Assembly: GCA_002347265.1 (NCBI GenBank)
Contig: DDYB01000032.1
Coordinates: forward strand, 193,389 to 257,388
Direction: 5' to 3'
DNA length: 64,000 nucleotides
From: Desulfobacteraceae bacterium UBA2245
GTDB taxonomy: Bacteria > Desulfobacterota > Desulfobacteria > Desulfobacterales > UBA2245
This document shows positions 38,354 through 47,653 of the stretch, one piece after another. The notes below the pieces were generated by a model. It was not told where the DNA came from, made no database searches, and worked only from the letters and a program-made list of their open reading frames with translations. Every line of letters starts with the position of its first letter. Position 1 is the stretch's first letter. A program made the translations under genes and the position numbers.

Positions 38354-40027
38354 ATGTTTAACGGCAATACCCGCATGATTTCGGAAAATCATCAAATCGG
38401 TTCGTATTCCTTTGAAGATTATATGGATCTGGTCAAATCATTTCACGGGTATGCTGCGCCCGGCGTTATCATTGGAGGCTTCATGGTCGATCTGGCGCTG
38501 AAAAATCTTCCGGACGGAGAGTTTTTCGATGCCGTCTGTGAAACAACCGCATGCCTGCCGGACGCCATTCAACTGCTGACGCCCTGCACGCTTGGCAACG
38601 GCTGGCTCAAGGTTTACGACTTCAACCGGTATGCGCTGACCATGTACAACAAGGAGAATGGAAAGGGCGTGAGAGTTGCTCTGAGCACTTCGGCGGTTCG
38701 CGTCTGGCCCGATATCAACAATTGGTTTTTCAAGCTTAAAACCAAGAAGGAACAGGACCCGCAGCGACTGAACGAGGCGATCAAGAATGCAGGCCATAGC
38801 ATATGCAAGATGGAGCAGGTCGAGGTGAATTCCGAGGTACTGAAGCGCAAATCCAGAGGAGGCGTCGCCGTTTGCGCCATATGCGGGGAATCCTTTCGAA
38901 CGAACGGGGGAACCGTCTGCCGTGCCTGTCATGGAGAGATGTATTACCGGACTTCCGTCGGGGCCGCTCAGATTTTGAATGCGCCCAGTATGCCTGCGCT
39001 CAAATCCACACCGGTCGAACAGGCCGTGGGGCTTGCCGCACTTCATGACATGACGGAAATCATTCCCGGCAAGCTGAAGAAACCTGTTTTTAAGCGGGGA
39101 CAGGAGCTCTCCATCGGAGATGTCTGCCACCTGCAGCGGATGGGAAAAAATCATGTTTATCTGAGTCAGGAAAATCCGGTCGGAGATGAATGGGTCAACG
39201 AGGATCAGGCGGCAATAGCCTTTGCCGCGGCCATGACAGGGCCGGGCGTTGCCGTCGGCGGCAAGCCCAGCGAAGGTAAGGTGAATCTGGAAGCGACCCT
39301 GGACGGGCTTCTGGTGGTTGAAGTCGAGCAGTTGAAACGGTTTAATCTGGTTCCGGAAGTCATTTGCGGATGCCTGAAAAACTTCACGCAGGTTTCCAAG
39401 GGCCAGAAGTTTGCGGCGACCCGTGCCATTCCTTTGTTCATGCGGCGGGAAAATCATACCCGGGCCCTGGATGTTCTGACTGAAAAGCCGCTGTTTAAAG
39501 TCCTTCCCATGCGCAAGGCTTCCGTCGGCCTGCTGGTGACCGGCGAGGAGGTGGCCAAGGGGTTGGTGGAGGACAGATTCATTCCGATCCTGGAAAAGAA
39601 GCTCAAACGCTATGACTGCCGGATTGTCGGAAAGGAAATTGTTCCCGACGACCGCGGAAAAATTTCATCCGCCGTGACCCGCATGATTCAAGCCGGCGCC
39701 GATATGGTGATCGCAACGGCGGGAATGTCGGTGGATCCGGATGATTGTACGCGCCAGGGAATCATCGATGCAGGCGCCTCCCAGATTCTTTACGGCGCTC
39801 CGATTGTTCCCGGCGCCATGATTATGCTGGCCCAGATCGACTCGGTTCAGGTTTTTGGCGTTCCGGCATGCGCCCTGTATTTCGATGTCACCAGCTTCGA
39901 TCTCCTCCTGCCCCGGCTTCTGGCGGGCGTTCCTGTCACAAGGGAAGATCTGGCTCAGATGGGACACGGGTCTTTCTGTCAGGAATGCAAGGTCTGTGTT
40001 TTTCCCCGTTGTTCCGTCGGCAGATAA
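38354..40027 (+). CDS. fusion protein: FmdE-like domain + zinc ribbon + MoeA-like/MoCF-biosynthesis (molybdopterin-binding) domain
   Basis: N-terminus FHGYAAPGVIIGG...CLPDAIQLLTPCTLGNG (FmdE pattern) and CAICGE...CRAC. C-terminal half has an MoeA-like start (TPVEQAVGLAALHDM) and an MoCF domain (GLLVTGEEV...ADMVIATAGMSVDPDD). Confidence 0.7.
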   Translation: MFNGNTRMISENHQIGSYSFEDYMDLVKSFHGYAAPGVIIGGFMVDLALKNLPDGEFFDAVCETTACLPDAIQLLTPCTLGNGWLKVYDFNRYALTMYNKENGKGVRVALSTSAVRVWPDINNWFFKLKTKKEQDPQRLNEAIKNAGHSICKMEQVEVNSEVLKRKSRGGVAVCAICGESFRTNGGTVCRACHGEMYYRTSVGAAQILNAPSMPALKSTPVEQAVGLAALHDMTEIIPGKLKKPVFKRGQELSIGDVCHLQRMGKNHVYLSQENPVGDEWVNEDQAAIAFAAAMTGPGVAVGGKPSEGKVNLEATLDGLLVVEVEQLKRFNLVPEVICGCLKNFTQVSKGQKFAATRAIPLFMRRENHTRALDVLTEKPLFKVLPMRKASVGLLVTGEEVAKGLVEDRFIPILEKKLKRYDCRIVGKEIVPDDRGKISSAVTRMIQAGADMVIATAGMSVDPDDCTRQGIIDAGASQILYGAPIVPGAMIMLAQIDSVQVFGVPACALYFDVTSFDLLLPRLLAGVPVTREDLAQMGHGSFCQECKVCVFPRCSVGR

Positions 40028-40115
40028 CCGGCGGCCGGGTTGTGTTTGGTTCTTTTGACATGGAAGAAAATGTTCAGGCGGTTTCTGCCTGAGCGGGTTT
40101 TAAGGAGTGGATTCG

Positions 40116-40538
40116 ATGCAATCGATCAGACCCGTTTTACGGCTGCACATGTGGCTGGAAACCGATGAGGGACTGGTATTTGGTATTGGCCGCGCCAAGC
40201 TGTTGCATAATGTTGCGGAATACGGTTCCCTGAAAAAGGCTGCTGAGGCTCTGGGGATGTCCTACCGGGCGGCGTGGGGAAAGATTAAACAGTCCGAGGC
40301 GGTTCTGGGAAGCCCGTTGATTCAGAAGACCGGCAGCAATCGCAGCGGGTATGAACTGACGCCCTTTGGCAAGGGCATCACTCAAAAATTCATGTCCTGG
40401 TTTGACAGGGTTGAAAAAAACGCACTTGAGGAAGCTGCCGCCACTTTTCCCTGGATGTCCGAACCCTATCAGGAAGAGCGTGTTTTGGAAGAAAGCGACG
40501 CACCTTCTTCAGACGGTGATGAAAAGTTTTCTGAATGA
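40116..40538 (+). CDS. ModE N-terminal-domain-like wHTH regulator lacking Mop/TOBE domains
   Basis: GSLKKAAEALGMSYRAAWGKIKQSE... matches the ModE DNA-binding domain pattern. The C-terminus is a short acidic tail instead of di-Mop. Confidence 0.75.
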   Translation: MQSIRPVLRLHMWLETDEGLVFGIGRAKLLHNVAEYGSLKKAAEALGMSYRAAWGKIKQSEAVLGSPLIQKTGSNRSGYELTPFGKGITQKFMSWFDRVEKNALEEAAATFPWMSEPYQEERVLEESDAPSSDGDEKFSE

Positions 40539-40604
40539 TTATCTCGCTGCGGCGCAGAAGGCCGGCAAGGCGCCATTCCTTCTGCCCGCGCGCGGGTCTG
40601 TTTA

Positions 40605-41483
40605 TTAAAACCCAACCTCTATGCCGCTTTTAAATCCCGTTTCCGCCGCCTTGATGTCCAGATGCGGGGTTGAAATATATTCCAGGGGCGGGTAAATTTC
40701 CCGGCCTGCTTTTCGAGTATCCACCGTCTTGATGTATTTTCCGCACTTGTCGCAGACATCCAGCCGGTGTTCTTCTTCGCTTTCAATTTCGAAATAGTGA
40801 AGGGTGTTGTGGTCCGTGTTGTCGCAGAATGGGCAGAAGATTCTTTTCGTCGCCCATTTGTGCCAGCAGAAGCTGCATGAGAAGAACCGCTTTCCGTTTT
40901 CCTCGAATATCGAAATCGCCGGGGGTGATCCGCAGATCGGACAGTACCCTTTTTCCCAGGGCAGATTCTTGTCAAAATGGGTTGAAAGCTGCTCCGCGCA
41001 CCGGGCCAGCGACGGTTTCACGCTGCTGTAAACAATGAAACCCAGCGTCTTGTTGTCGATTTTAAGCTCGTCGGAGACTTTTTGAAAATACTCCTCGTCG
41101 GATTTCAGAAAAGCGGCAAAAAGCGTTTCTAAATCCAGTTTTCCGGCTTCCACGGCCTTACCGATCGCTCCGGCGGACTTAGACATTGCGCCGGATGTCT
41201 GCTGTACGATTTCGCACAGATTTTTGAACAGTGCCGCGGCTGCCTTGGAATCGATTGCAAACTGCGAGATGTCGATTAGCGGAAACTGTTCCTTTACCTT
41301 TAAAGCCAGGGTGTCTGCGGAGATCTTCAAAGGTTCGATACGGGTCTGATTTGCCGAATCCTCCTGAGCGATAAAAATCTTTTCATAGAAATCGAGCAGG
41401 TCGGAATAATTCGGCTTCAGCTTTCGGATTTCTTCCAGCGCGCTTAAGATCCGGCCGGAGGATGAATCTGTGTTTTCGGGCAT
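40605..41483 (-). CDS. fdhE: formate dehydrogenase accessory protein FdhE
   Basis: CPICGS...CSFC...CPFC...CDKCGKYIK rubredoxin-like Cys pairs typical of FdhE. Confidence 0.88.
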   Translation of the reverse strand: MPENTDSSSGRILSALEEIRKLKPNYSDLLDFYEKIFIAQEDSANQTRIEPLKISADTLALKVKEQFPLIDISQFAIDSKAAAALFKNLCEIVQQTSGAMSKSAGAIGKAVEAGKLDLETLFAAFLKSDEEYFQKVSDELKIDNKTLGFIVYSSVKPSLARCAEQLSTHFDKNLPWEKGYCPICGSPPAISIFEENGKRFFSCSFCWHKWATKRIFCPFCDNTDHNTLHYFEIESEEEHRLDVCDKCGKYIKTVDTRKAGREIYPPLEYISTPHLDIKAAETGFKSGIEVGF

Positions 41484-41567
41484 AAAACACTCCAATCTCG
41501 TTGATGCATGTGAAAAAGGGAGGGAGATTCACATCTCCCTCCCTTTCTGATGATGGATCCTATCGGG

Positions 41568-42311
41568 TTATCCCAGCAGGTTTCTGACAGACCGCTTCAG
41601 GGGCGCCGTCATCTTGGCGAGGGCGGCCATCCGCGAGATGCCCGCCGGACCCTGTGCTACCAGATTCTTGTGATAGAACTCCGGTTTGTCCGTGATCAGG
41701 TAAATGACCCGGACCTCTTCCGCGTCGATCAACTGGGCCTCGGGATAGTCTTTCTTGACAACGGCGAGACGTTTTTTCGCTTCTTCAAGCATTTTCTCCC
41801 GGTCTCCAAAGGTGATCGCCGAGGTGGGGCAGGCCTTTGCGCACATGGGAATGAGCCCTGCGGCCACACGCTCGTAGCACATATCGCATTTGTTGATAAT
41901 TCCGGTGGCGTCGTCGCGTCTCGGAATATCATAGGGGCATGCGCTTTTCATCTCGTCGAAGGCCTCTTTGGGCAGCTGTTTGGCTTTGTCGGTGTAAACC
42001 ACAGCGCCCGTGGCTTCGTCGAAGACGACGGCGCCCTGCATATAGCCGTCGGCCATGTCTTTGCAGGGCGGCTGCAGGCAGTGGCGGCACTGGTCGCTCA
42101 TGAAGTTCCACGTAACCGTGTCGCCGATTTTATGCTCCTGAAAACGAACGATCTTAAAGTTTTTGGGATTCAGGTCGGGTGGATTCTGATGGCTACCCCA
42201 ACCGATCTGCGTGGTCTTGTTTGCAGCGAATCCCTGCCATTCCTTGCAGGCGACCTGGCATCCCCGGCACGCCGTGCACCGTGTTACATCGATCAAAAAT
42301 GTCTTTGACAT
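41568..42311 (-). CDS. fdhB: formate dehydrogenase iron-sulfur (beta) subunit
   Basis: Multiple 4Fe-4S motifs (CTACRGCQVAC, CRHCLQPPC, CDMCYERV, CAKACP). Confidence 0.88.
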   Translation of the reverse strand: MSKTFLIDVTRCTACRGCQVACKEWQGFAANKTTQIGWGSHQNPPDLNPKNFKIVRFQEHKIGDTVTWNFMSDQCRHCLQPPCKDMADGYMQGAVVFDEATGAVVYTDKAKQLPKEAFDEMKSACPYDIPRRDDATGIINKCDMCYERVAAGLIPMCAKACPTSAITFGDREKMLEEAKKRLAVVKKDYPEAQLIDAEEVRVIYLITDKPEFYHKNLVAQGPAGISRMAALAKMTAPLKRSVRNLLG

Positions 42312-42370
42312 GTTGTTTCTCCCTTTTTAATAAACGGGCGGGCAAGGGCCGCCCGCCCGTTTTTTTGATC

Positions 42371-45300
42371 TTATGACAGTTCGGTCAACTTGTCCGCCTT
42401 CTTGAGGTTGACGCAGCAGGCCTTGTATTCAGGAATGGAGGTGTTTGGATCACCCGCCGATACGCACAGGCGGTTGGTTGCATCGCCCACTCCGGGAGTG
42501 GTCCAGCCAAAGGCAAAGGGCATTCCAATTTCGTGAACGGTCTTGCCCTGGATCTTGAACGGAGTCATGCGCATGGTGACCATGGCCACGGCTTCGACTC
42601 TTCCTCTGGCGCTCTCAACAATTACGCCGTCGCCGTTCTTGATTCCCTTTTCCTTGGCCAGTTCCTCGCTCATCTCAACGTAGAGCTGGGGTTCGGCTTC
42701 CAGCAGGGAGGGTACATTTCGCGTTTCCCCGCCGCCGCACCAGTGTTCCGTCAGGCTGTAGGTGGTCAGAACGATGGGATACTTCGAATCACCGGGCGTC
42801 GCCCGCTTGTCCATATCGCTCTCAATAATCTTGGCGCAGGGGTTGCTGAGCTGCTTGGAGAAGGGGTGCTTCTTGACCGGGGTTTCGATCGGTTCGTAAT
42901 GCTCGGAGAATGGTCCTTCCTCGCGTCCGGGGCCGTAGAGAGCGCCGTGTCCTTCCTTCTGCATGATGAAGGGATATTTGCCCTTGCCGGTCGCCATCGG
43001 CGGCCAGCCGCCGTCCGGAACATCGCCGATCCATTTGCTTCCATCCCACTCGATGACGACTCGGGTCGGATCCCAGGGCTTTCCGTTCAGGTCGACCGAA
43101 GCCCGGTTATACAGGACTCTCCGGTTGACCGGCCAGCACCAGGAATAGCCCGGGAAGAGGCCGATTTTTGCCTGAAGATCGGTCTGGGACAGGTCGCGAT
43201 TCTTCATCTTGTTGCCCGCTTCTTCCGTATAGCTTCCGGTGTAGAGCCAGTTCCGGGAGCTGGTCGATCCGTCGTCGGCCAGATTGGCGAAGCTGGGCAC
43301 CAGGGACCCCGCCTTGTACGTCTTGTCTTTAATGGTGGTGTCTTTGAGGAAGAAACCGTTGCATTCTTTTGCGATTTGATCTGCATCAAAATGGGAGGGC
43401 CAGTTCAGATTCACAATCGGTTCCGGAAATACGCCGCCTTCTTCCCTGTAAAGCTTTCTTACCGCGTTCATGATTTCCACCATGGTCTCGCCCATGGATT
43501 TGGATTCGCCCGCCGGTTCGGCGGCCTTATAATGCCACAATACCCAGCGTCCGCTGTTGCTGATGCTGCCTTCCTTTTCCACGCGGTGGCAGGCTGGGAA
43601 CAGGAACACTTCGGTTTTGATGTCCTTGGGATTGACCCCAGGGCGGTGCCAGAAATCGGTGGTCTCGTTTTGATGAATTTCGGAGATATACAGCCAGTCG
43701 AGGTTGTCCATCGCTTTCCGGACCTTGGTGGTGTTGGGTATGCTCTGGGCCGGGTTGTGCGCCCAGATCGAGCCGCCCTTGATTTTCCCCTTGTACATCC
43801 GGTCGAATATATGCAGGTGTGAGTAGTCGCCCTGCACCAGGCCTTTCGGGGTATCGCCTTTCGGAACCCAGCTATAACCGAAATCGTTTTCCGGAGTTGC
43901 TGCTTCGCCGAACCAGGATTTCAGCAGGCTGACCACGTATTTCGGGCGGTTTTGCCACCAGTTGGCGCTCAGAGGATCATTGCTGATCGGAGTGTTCGCC
44001 TTCTGATAGTCTGCCAGCGTGGGCCAGTGGGCGCGGGGCACCGAATGGTAGCCGGGCAGGATATGATAGAGGATGCAGTGGTCGGTGGAACCCTGAACGT
44101 TGGGTTCGCCGCGTAGCGCGTTGATGCCGCCGCCGGCAACGCCTATGTTGCCCAGCAGGAGCTGAACGATCGCGCTGGTCCGGATGTTCTGGACGCCGAC
44201 CGTATGCTGGGTCCATCCCAGGGCGTACATGACTGTGCCGGCCTTGTCCTTTTGTCCGGTCGCGGCATACGTCTCATACACCTTGAGCAGGTTTTTCTCT
44301 GAAACGCCGGTGATCGCCGAAACATTCTTTAAATCGTACCGGGAATAGTGTTTTTTCAGAAGCTGGAACACGCATTTCGGATTCTTCAGGGTTTTATCTC
44401 TTTTCGGAACCCCGTTGGCATCCACGGCAAACGCCCAGGCTTTTTTATCGTAAGTGCTCAATTTCTTGTCAAAGCCGGAAAACAGGCCGTCTTTGAAACC
44501 GAATTTGTCTCCGACGATGAAAGATGCGTTGGTGTATTCGGTAACGTATTCCTTGAAATATTTCTCTTTGTCGATGATGTATTTGATCATGCCGCCCAGA
44601 AACGCGATATCCGTTCCGGAGCGAAGGGGTACGTGAAAATCAGACCGTGCCGAGGTTCTGGAGAATTTGGGGTCCACATGGATGATGGTGGCTCCTCTTT
44701 CTTCCCTGGCCTTCATAACCCATTTGAAGCAAATGGGGTGATGCTCGGCAGCATTGCTGCCCATAATCAAAGCACAGTCCGTGTTTTTAATATCAATCCA
44801 GTGATTGGTCATCGCGCCGCGTCCGAACGACTCTCCCAGAGCCGCAACAGTTGCGCTGTGTCAGATACGGGCCTGATGATCCATGTGAACGACGCCCATC
44901 GCACGCAGTGCCTGATGAACGACGGAGCATTCCTCGTTGCTCATCTGGGAGGAGCCCAGGTGAAAAATTTCCTCCACCCGGTTGACGACCTGTCCGCTTT
45001 CGTTGGTGGCTTTAAAATTCTTGTCGCGGGTGTCTTTGATATTCCGCGCCAATTTTTCCAGCATCCACTCCCAACTCTTTTCTTCCCACTTGTCGCTGTA
45101 CGGAGCGCGGTACTTGGGCTTCAGGACCCGGTGGTGGCTGTTGATCATGGAATTCATGGTCGCGCCTTTTGCGCAGAGGGCGCCTTCGCTGACCGGATAG
45201 CCCGGATCGCCTTCGGTGCTCACAACCTTGCCGTCCCTTACATGCGCAATGTAATGGCAGCATACTGAACAGAACGGGCAGATCGAGATGACTTCCTTCG

Positions 45301-45427
45301 CGCCCTTGATCTTCAGCTCCTTTGCATACGCATTTGCTGGGGCCAGAGCGAAACCCAGCTGGCTCAGGGCGATTGTCGCCGCCCCGGCGCCGGTTACCTT
45401 CATAAAAACTCGCCGTGTTACATCCAT
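42371..45427 (-). CDS. fdhA: periplasmic formate dehydrogenase catalytic subunit, selenocysteine-containing (in-frame TGA at 44861..44863)
   Basis: ORFs 44861..45571 and 42371..44812 are in the same frame. Reading through the TGA gives ...HMDHQARI-U-HSATVAALGESFGRGAMTNHW, the canonical Sec context. Tat signal MDVTRRVFMK with a GGGGAGG RBS. Confidence 0.92.
44827..44845 (-). promoter_or_regulatory. candidate SECIS hairpin downstream of the UGA(Sec) codon
   Basis: The mRNA reads GCGGCUCU-GGG-AGAGUCGU (8 bp including one G-U), starting 19 nt from the U of UGA. Confidence 0.45.
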
Positions 45428-45884
45428 TAGTTGCCTCCCCTCTTTCAATTGTCTTGCTGATGATTTGTAACCTGCAACCTTTTCAGCGCTTTTACCAGGA
45501 TCACGCCGCTTCCGTTTGCTGCCGGAGAAAATTTTCACCGAATAGACGCGCCGCGAGTTCTGATATGACAAAGCGTCGAGTTATCATTTACGGAACCACT
45601 CAGTTCAAATTGAATACTTGATACAGGAGAATCGAATTGTCAAGGCTTTTTGGAATAAAAATTCAATAATTTTAATATGTTACGAATAGCATATATCGGG
45701 GGCGGCTGGCAGAACAGTACGTGCTTTCGGAAAATAATTTGACATCGGATAAGTAATATGTCATTTTTGACATAAATGAAAAACAGCTTCCACGCATTCA
45801 AATTCATGGATTTCAGGCTTCCGGAGCATGAAATGCGGAATATTGAAAAATGATGGACCTGTAAGAATCAGAAAGGAGAAGACA

Positions 45885-46208
45885 ATGCATATGATCCGGA
45901 AGGACAAAATAAGAGCAACAGACATCGGGACCGCGGCGCCTGTCATTAGGCGTCTGGGTTTTGATATGAAGCCGGTCGCGGCCTACGCATCAAGTCTGAA
46001 AGTCCAGGGCGTTCGGGAGATGAGTTGCATCTGCCCGCTTTGCTCCGCCGGCTGTCACTGTATTGCCCACGTGCAAGGCCGTGAGGTCGTCAGAACCGAA
46101 GGCGAGGCCGGCGATCCGGTCGGAAACAGCGAATGCGCCCTGCGCTCAAAAGGCGCCGCCATGCTGCCTGTGATCGCGGCGGAACTGAACATCCTCAGCG
46201 GAAAATAA
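45885..46208 (+). pseudogene. relic of the N-terminus of a second FdhA-type catalytic subunit (107 codons, then stop)
   Basis: SSLKVQGVREMSCICPLCSAGCHCIAHVQGREVVRTEGEAGDPV aligns with fdhA KELKIKGAKEVISICPFCSVCCHYIAHVRDGKVVSTEGDPGYPV. The twin-arginine motif is lost and nothing follows after about residue 107. Confidence 0.55.
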
Positions 46209-46582
46209 GCTCCGGTCTGAGGATGATCATGAGAACAGGGCGGTCTTGAAAATGAAAGAATCCGCACAGTGGATCCTGCCCGTATAGGATAAAAAATTCC
46301 GGAACGCCCGCAGGAATGACTCCTCGCCAGCTGCATGAACCCGCCCTTCCAATCTGTCAAGATTTCAGAACGTCCCTCTCTTGCGACCTTATTGAGTTTG
46401 AAAATCGTTTTTGTTTATGCTAATTTGAACATAATTTAATTCGCTGCCTTTTTGAACGCAGGTTGAGTGCGGCATTCAAAAAACCAGTCTGGCTCCGGCC
46501 GGGCGCTCGACAGCGGGCATGCCCGGGTCGCCGTATTTAAATGATCGATTAAACGAATGATTCCGTTAACAGAGGGCCGGGA

Positions 46583-46963
46583 ATGAAAAATATCGATACA
46601 ACGATGCGTATCCGTTTGTGGTTTGAGACCGACAGCCAGATGTTGTTCGGCCTGGGCCGGGTCCTGCTGTTGAAAAAAGTCGATGAGTGCGGATCACTTT
46701 ACAAGGCGGCAAAGGAAATAGGGATGTCCTACCGCGCCGCCTGGGGGAAAATCAAAGCCACCGAAAGCGAACTCGGCGTCAAACTGCTCACGAAAGCTCC
46801 GGGTGAAAAGCGGTACCGTCTGTCCGAAAACGGCCGGCTTCTGCTGGATAATTTTGATGCATGGTGCCGCGACATCGAGGAGATGGCGCTTCAAAAGGCC
46901 CGGAATATCTTCCCCTGGCAAATCCGCAAATTCGATACAAAAGAAATAAATAACATTCCGTGA
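46583..46963 (+). CDS. ModE N-terminal-domain-like wHTH regulator lacking Mop/TOBE domains (second copy)
   Basis: GSLYKAAKEIGMSYRAAWGKIKATE... is a paralog of 40116..40538. Confidence 0.75.
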   Translation: MKNIDTTMRIRLWFETDSQMLFGLGRVLLLKKVDECGSLYKAAKEIGMSYRAAWGKIKATESELGVKLLTKAPGEKRYRLSENGRLLLDNFDAWCRDIEEMALQKARNIFPWQIRKFDTKEINNIP

Positions 46964-47530
46964 GAAGCTGTCTGCCGGCATCCGCCTGTTATTTTTCGGT
47001 TTTAGCCGGGGTCGGACCAGGCAGATGATATTGATCATCTGTATTCTAAAAAAATATATTGTTTCAGTCCTGGCGTTGGATTTCCATGGTCAAAAACAAC
47101 GCTGTAAAAAGATCGATTTTCGCGGAGTTCAACCATTTCCCGCATACGATTTGAGTACCCGATGCTTCCCGCCGCAATGCTTTCGCTCCATTTTTTCTGC
47201 TGAATTTTTTTAAAGAATTTTGTTTGGATATCGAAACGGCACGCTAACCTTTATTTAAAGGGTCGTTTTTAATTGGAATGAATTGATTTCAATACGTTAT
47301 GGTGGCTCGACTTCGGCCGCCGGCCGCCGCTTTTTCTGATGAAGACAGTATTTTGAATGGAAAGACCTGAAGTTTGAGGTTATTAATATGGACGGGCGAC
47401 GGATGGGCAAGGTTTTGGCGTATCGAACAGGATGACGTATTCCTGTATGCAGTTTGGTTCAAATAAACCTTTTCCGGCGAGGGCTTTTTACCCGCTGTCC
47501 AAAGCAGACAACCCAATAAAGATGATGGCT

Positions 47531-47600
47531 TCGTAAAAAGTCCAATTTCTGCGTTGCCTTGAACTTTTTACTTTACCATCACAATTTTGACTTTTTACGA
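47531..47600. repeat. 12-bp perfect inverted repeat pair with 46-nt spacer in a long intergenic region
   Basis: TCGTAAAAAGTC (47531..47542) and GACTTTTTACGA (47589..47600). Confidence 0.5.
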
Positions 47601-47653
47601 GTTCGTCAAAGATGGTCTGATGCTGTCTTCCAAACTCCAACGCGGGTTAAAAA

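Noticed and set aside
44813-44863. Apparent break of the formate dehydrogenase large subunit into two ORFs, which would suggest a frameshift or nonsense pseudogene.
   Set aside because: Both ORFs share one frame and the only interruption is a single TGA at the canonical Sec position (HQARI-U-HS). It is interpreted as selenocysteine, not a mutation.
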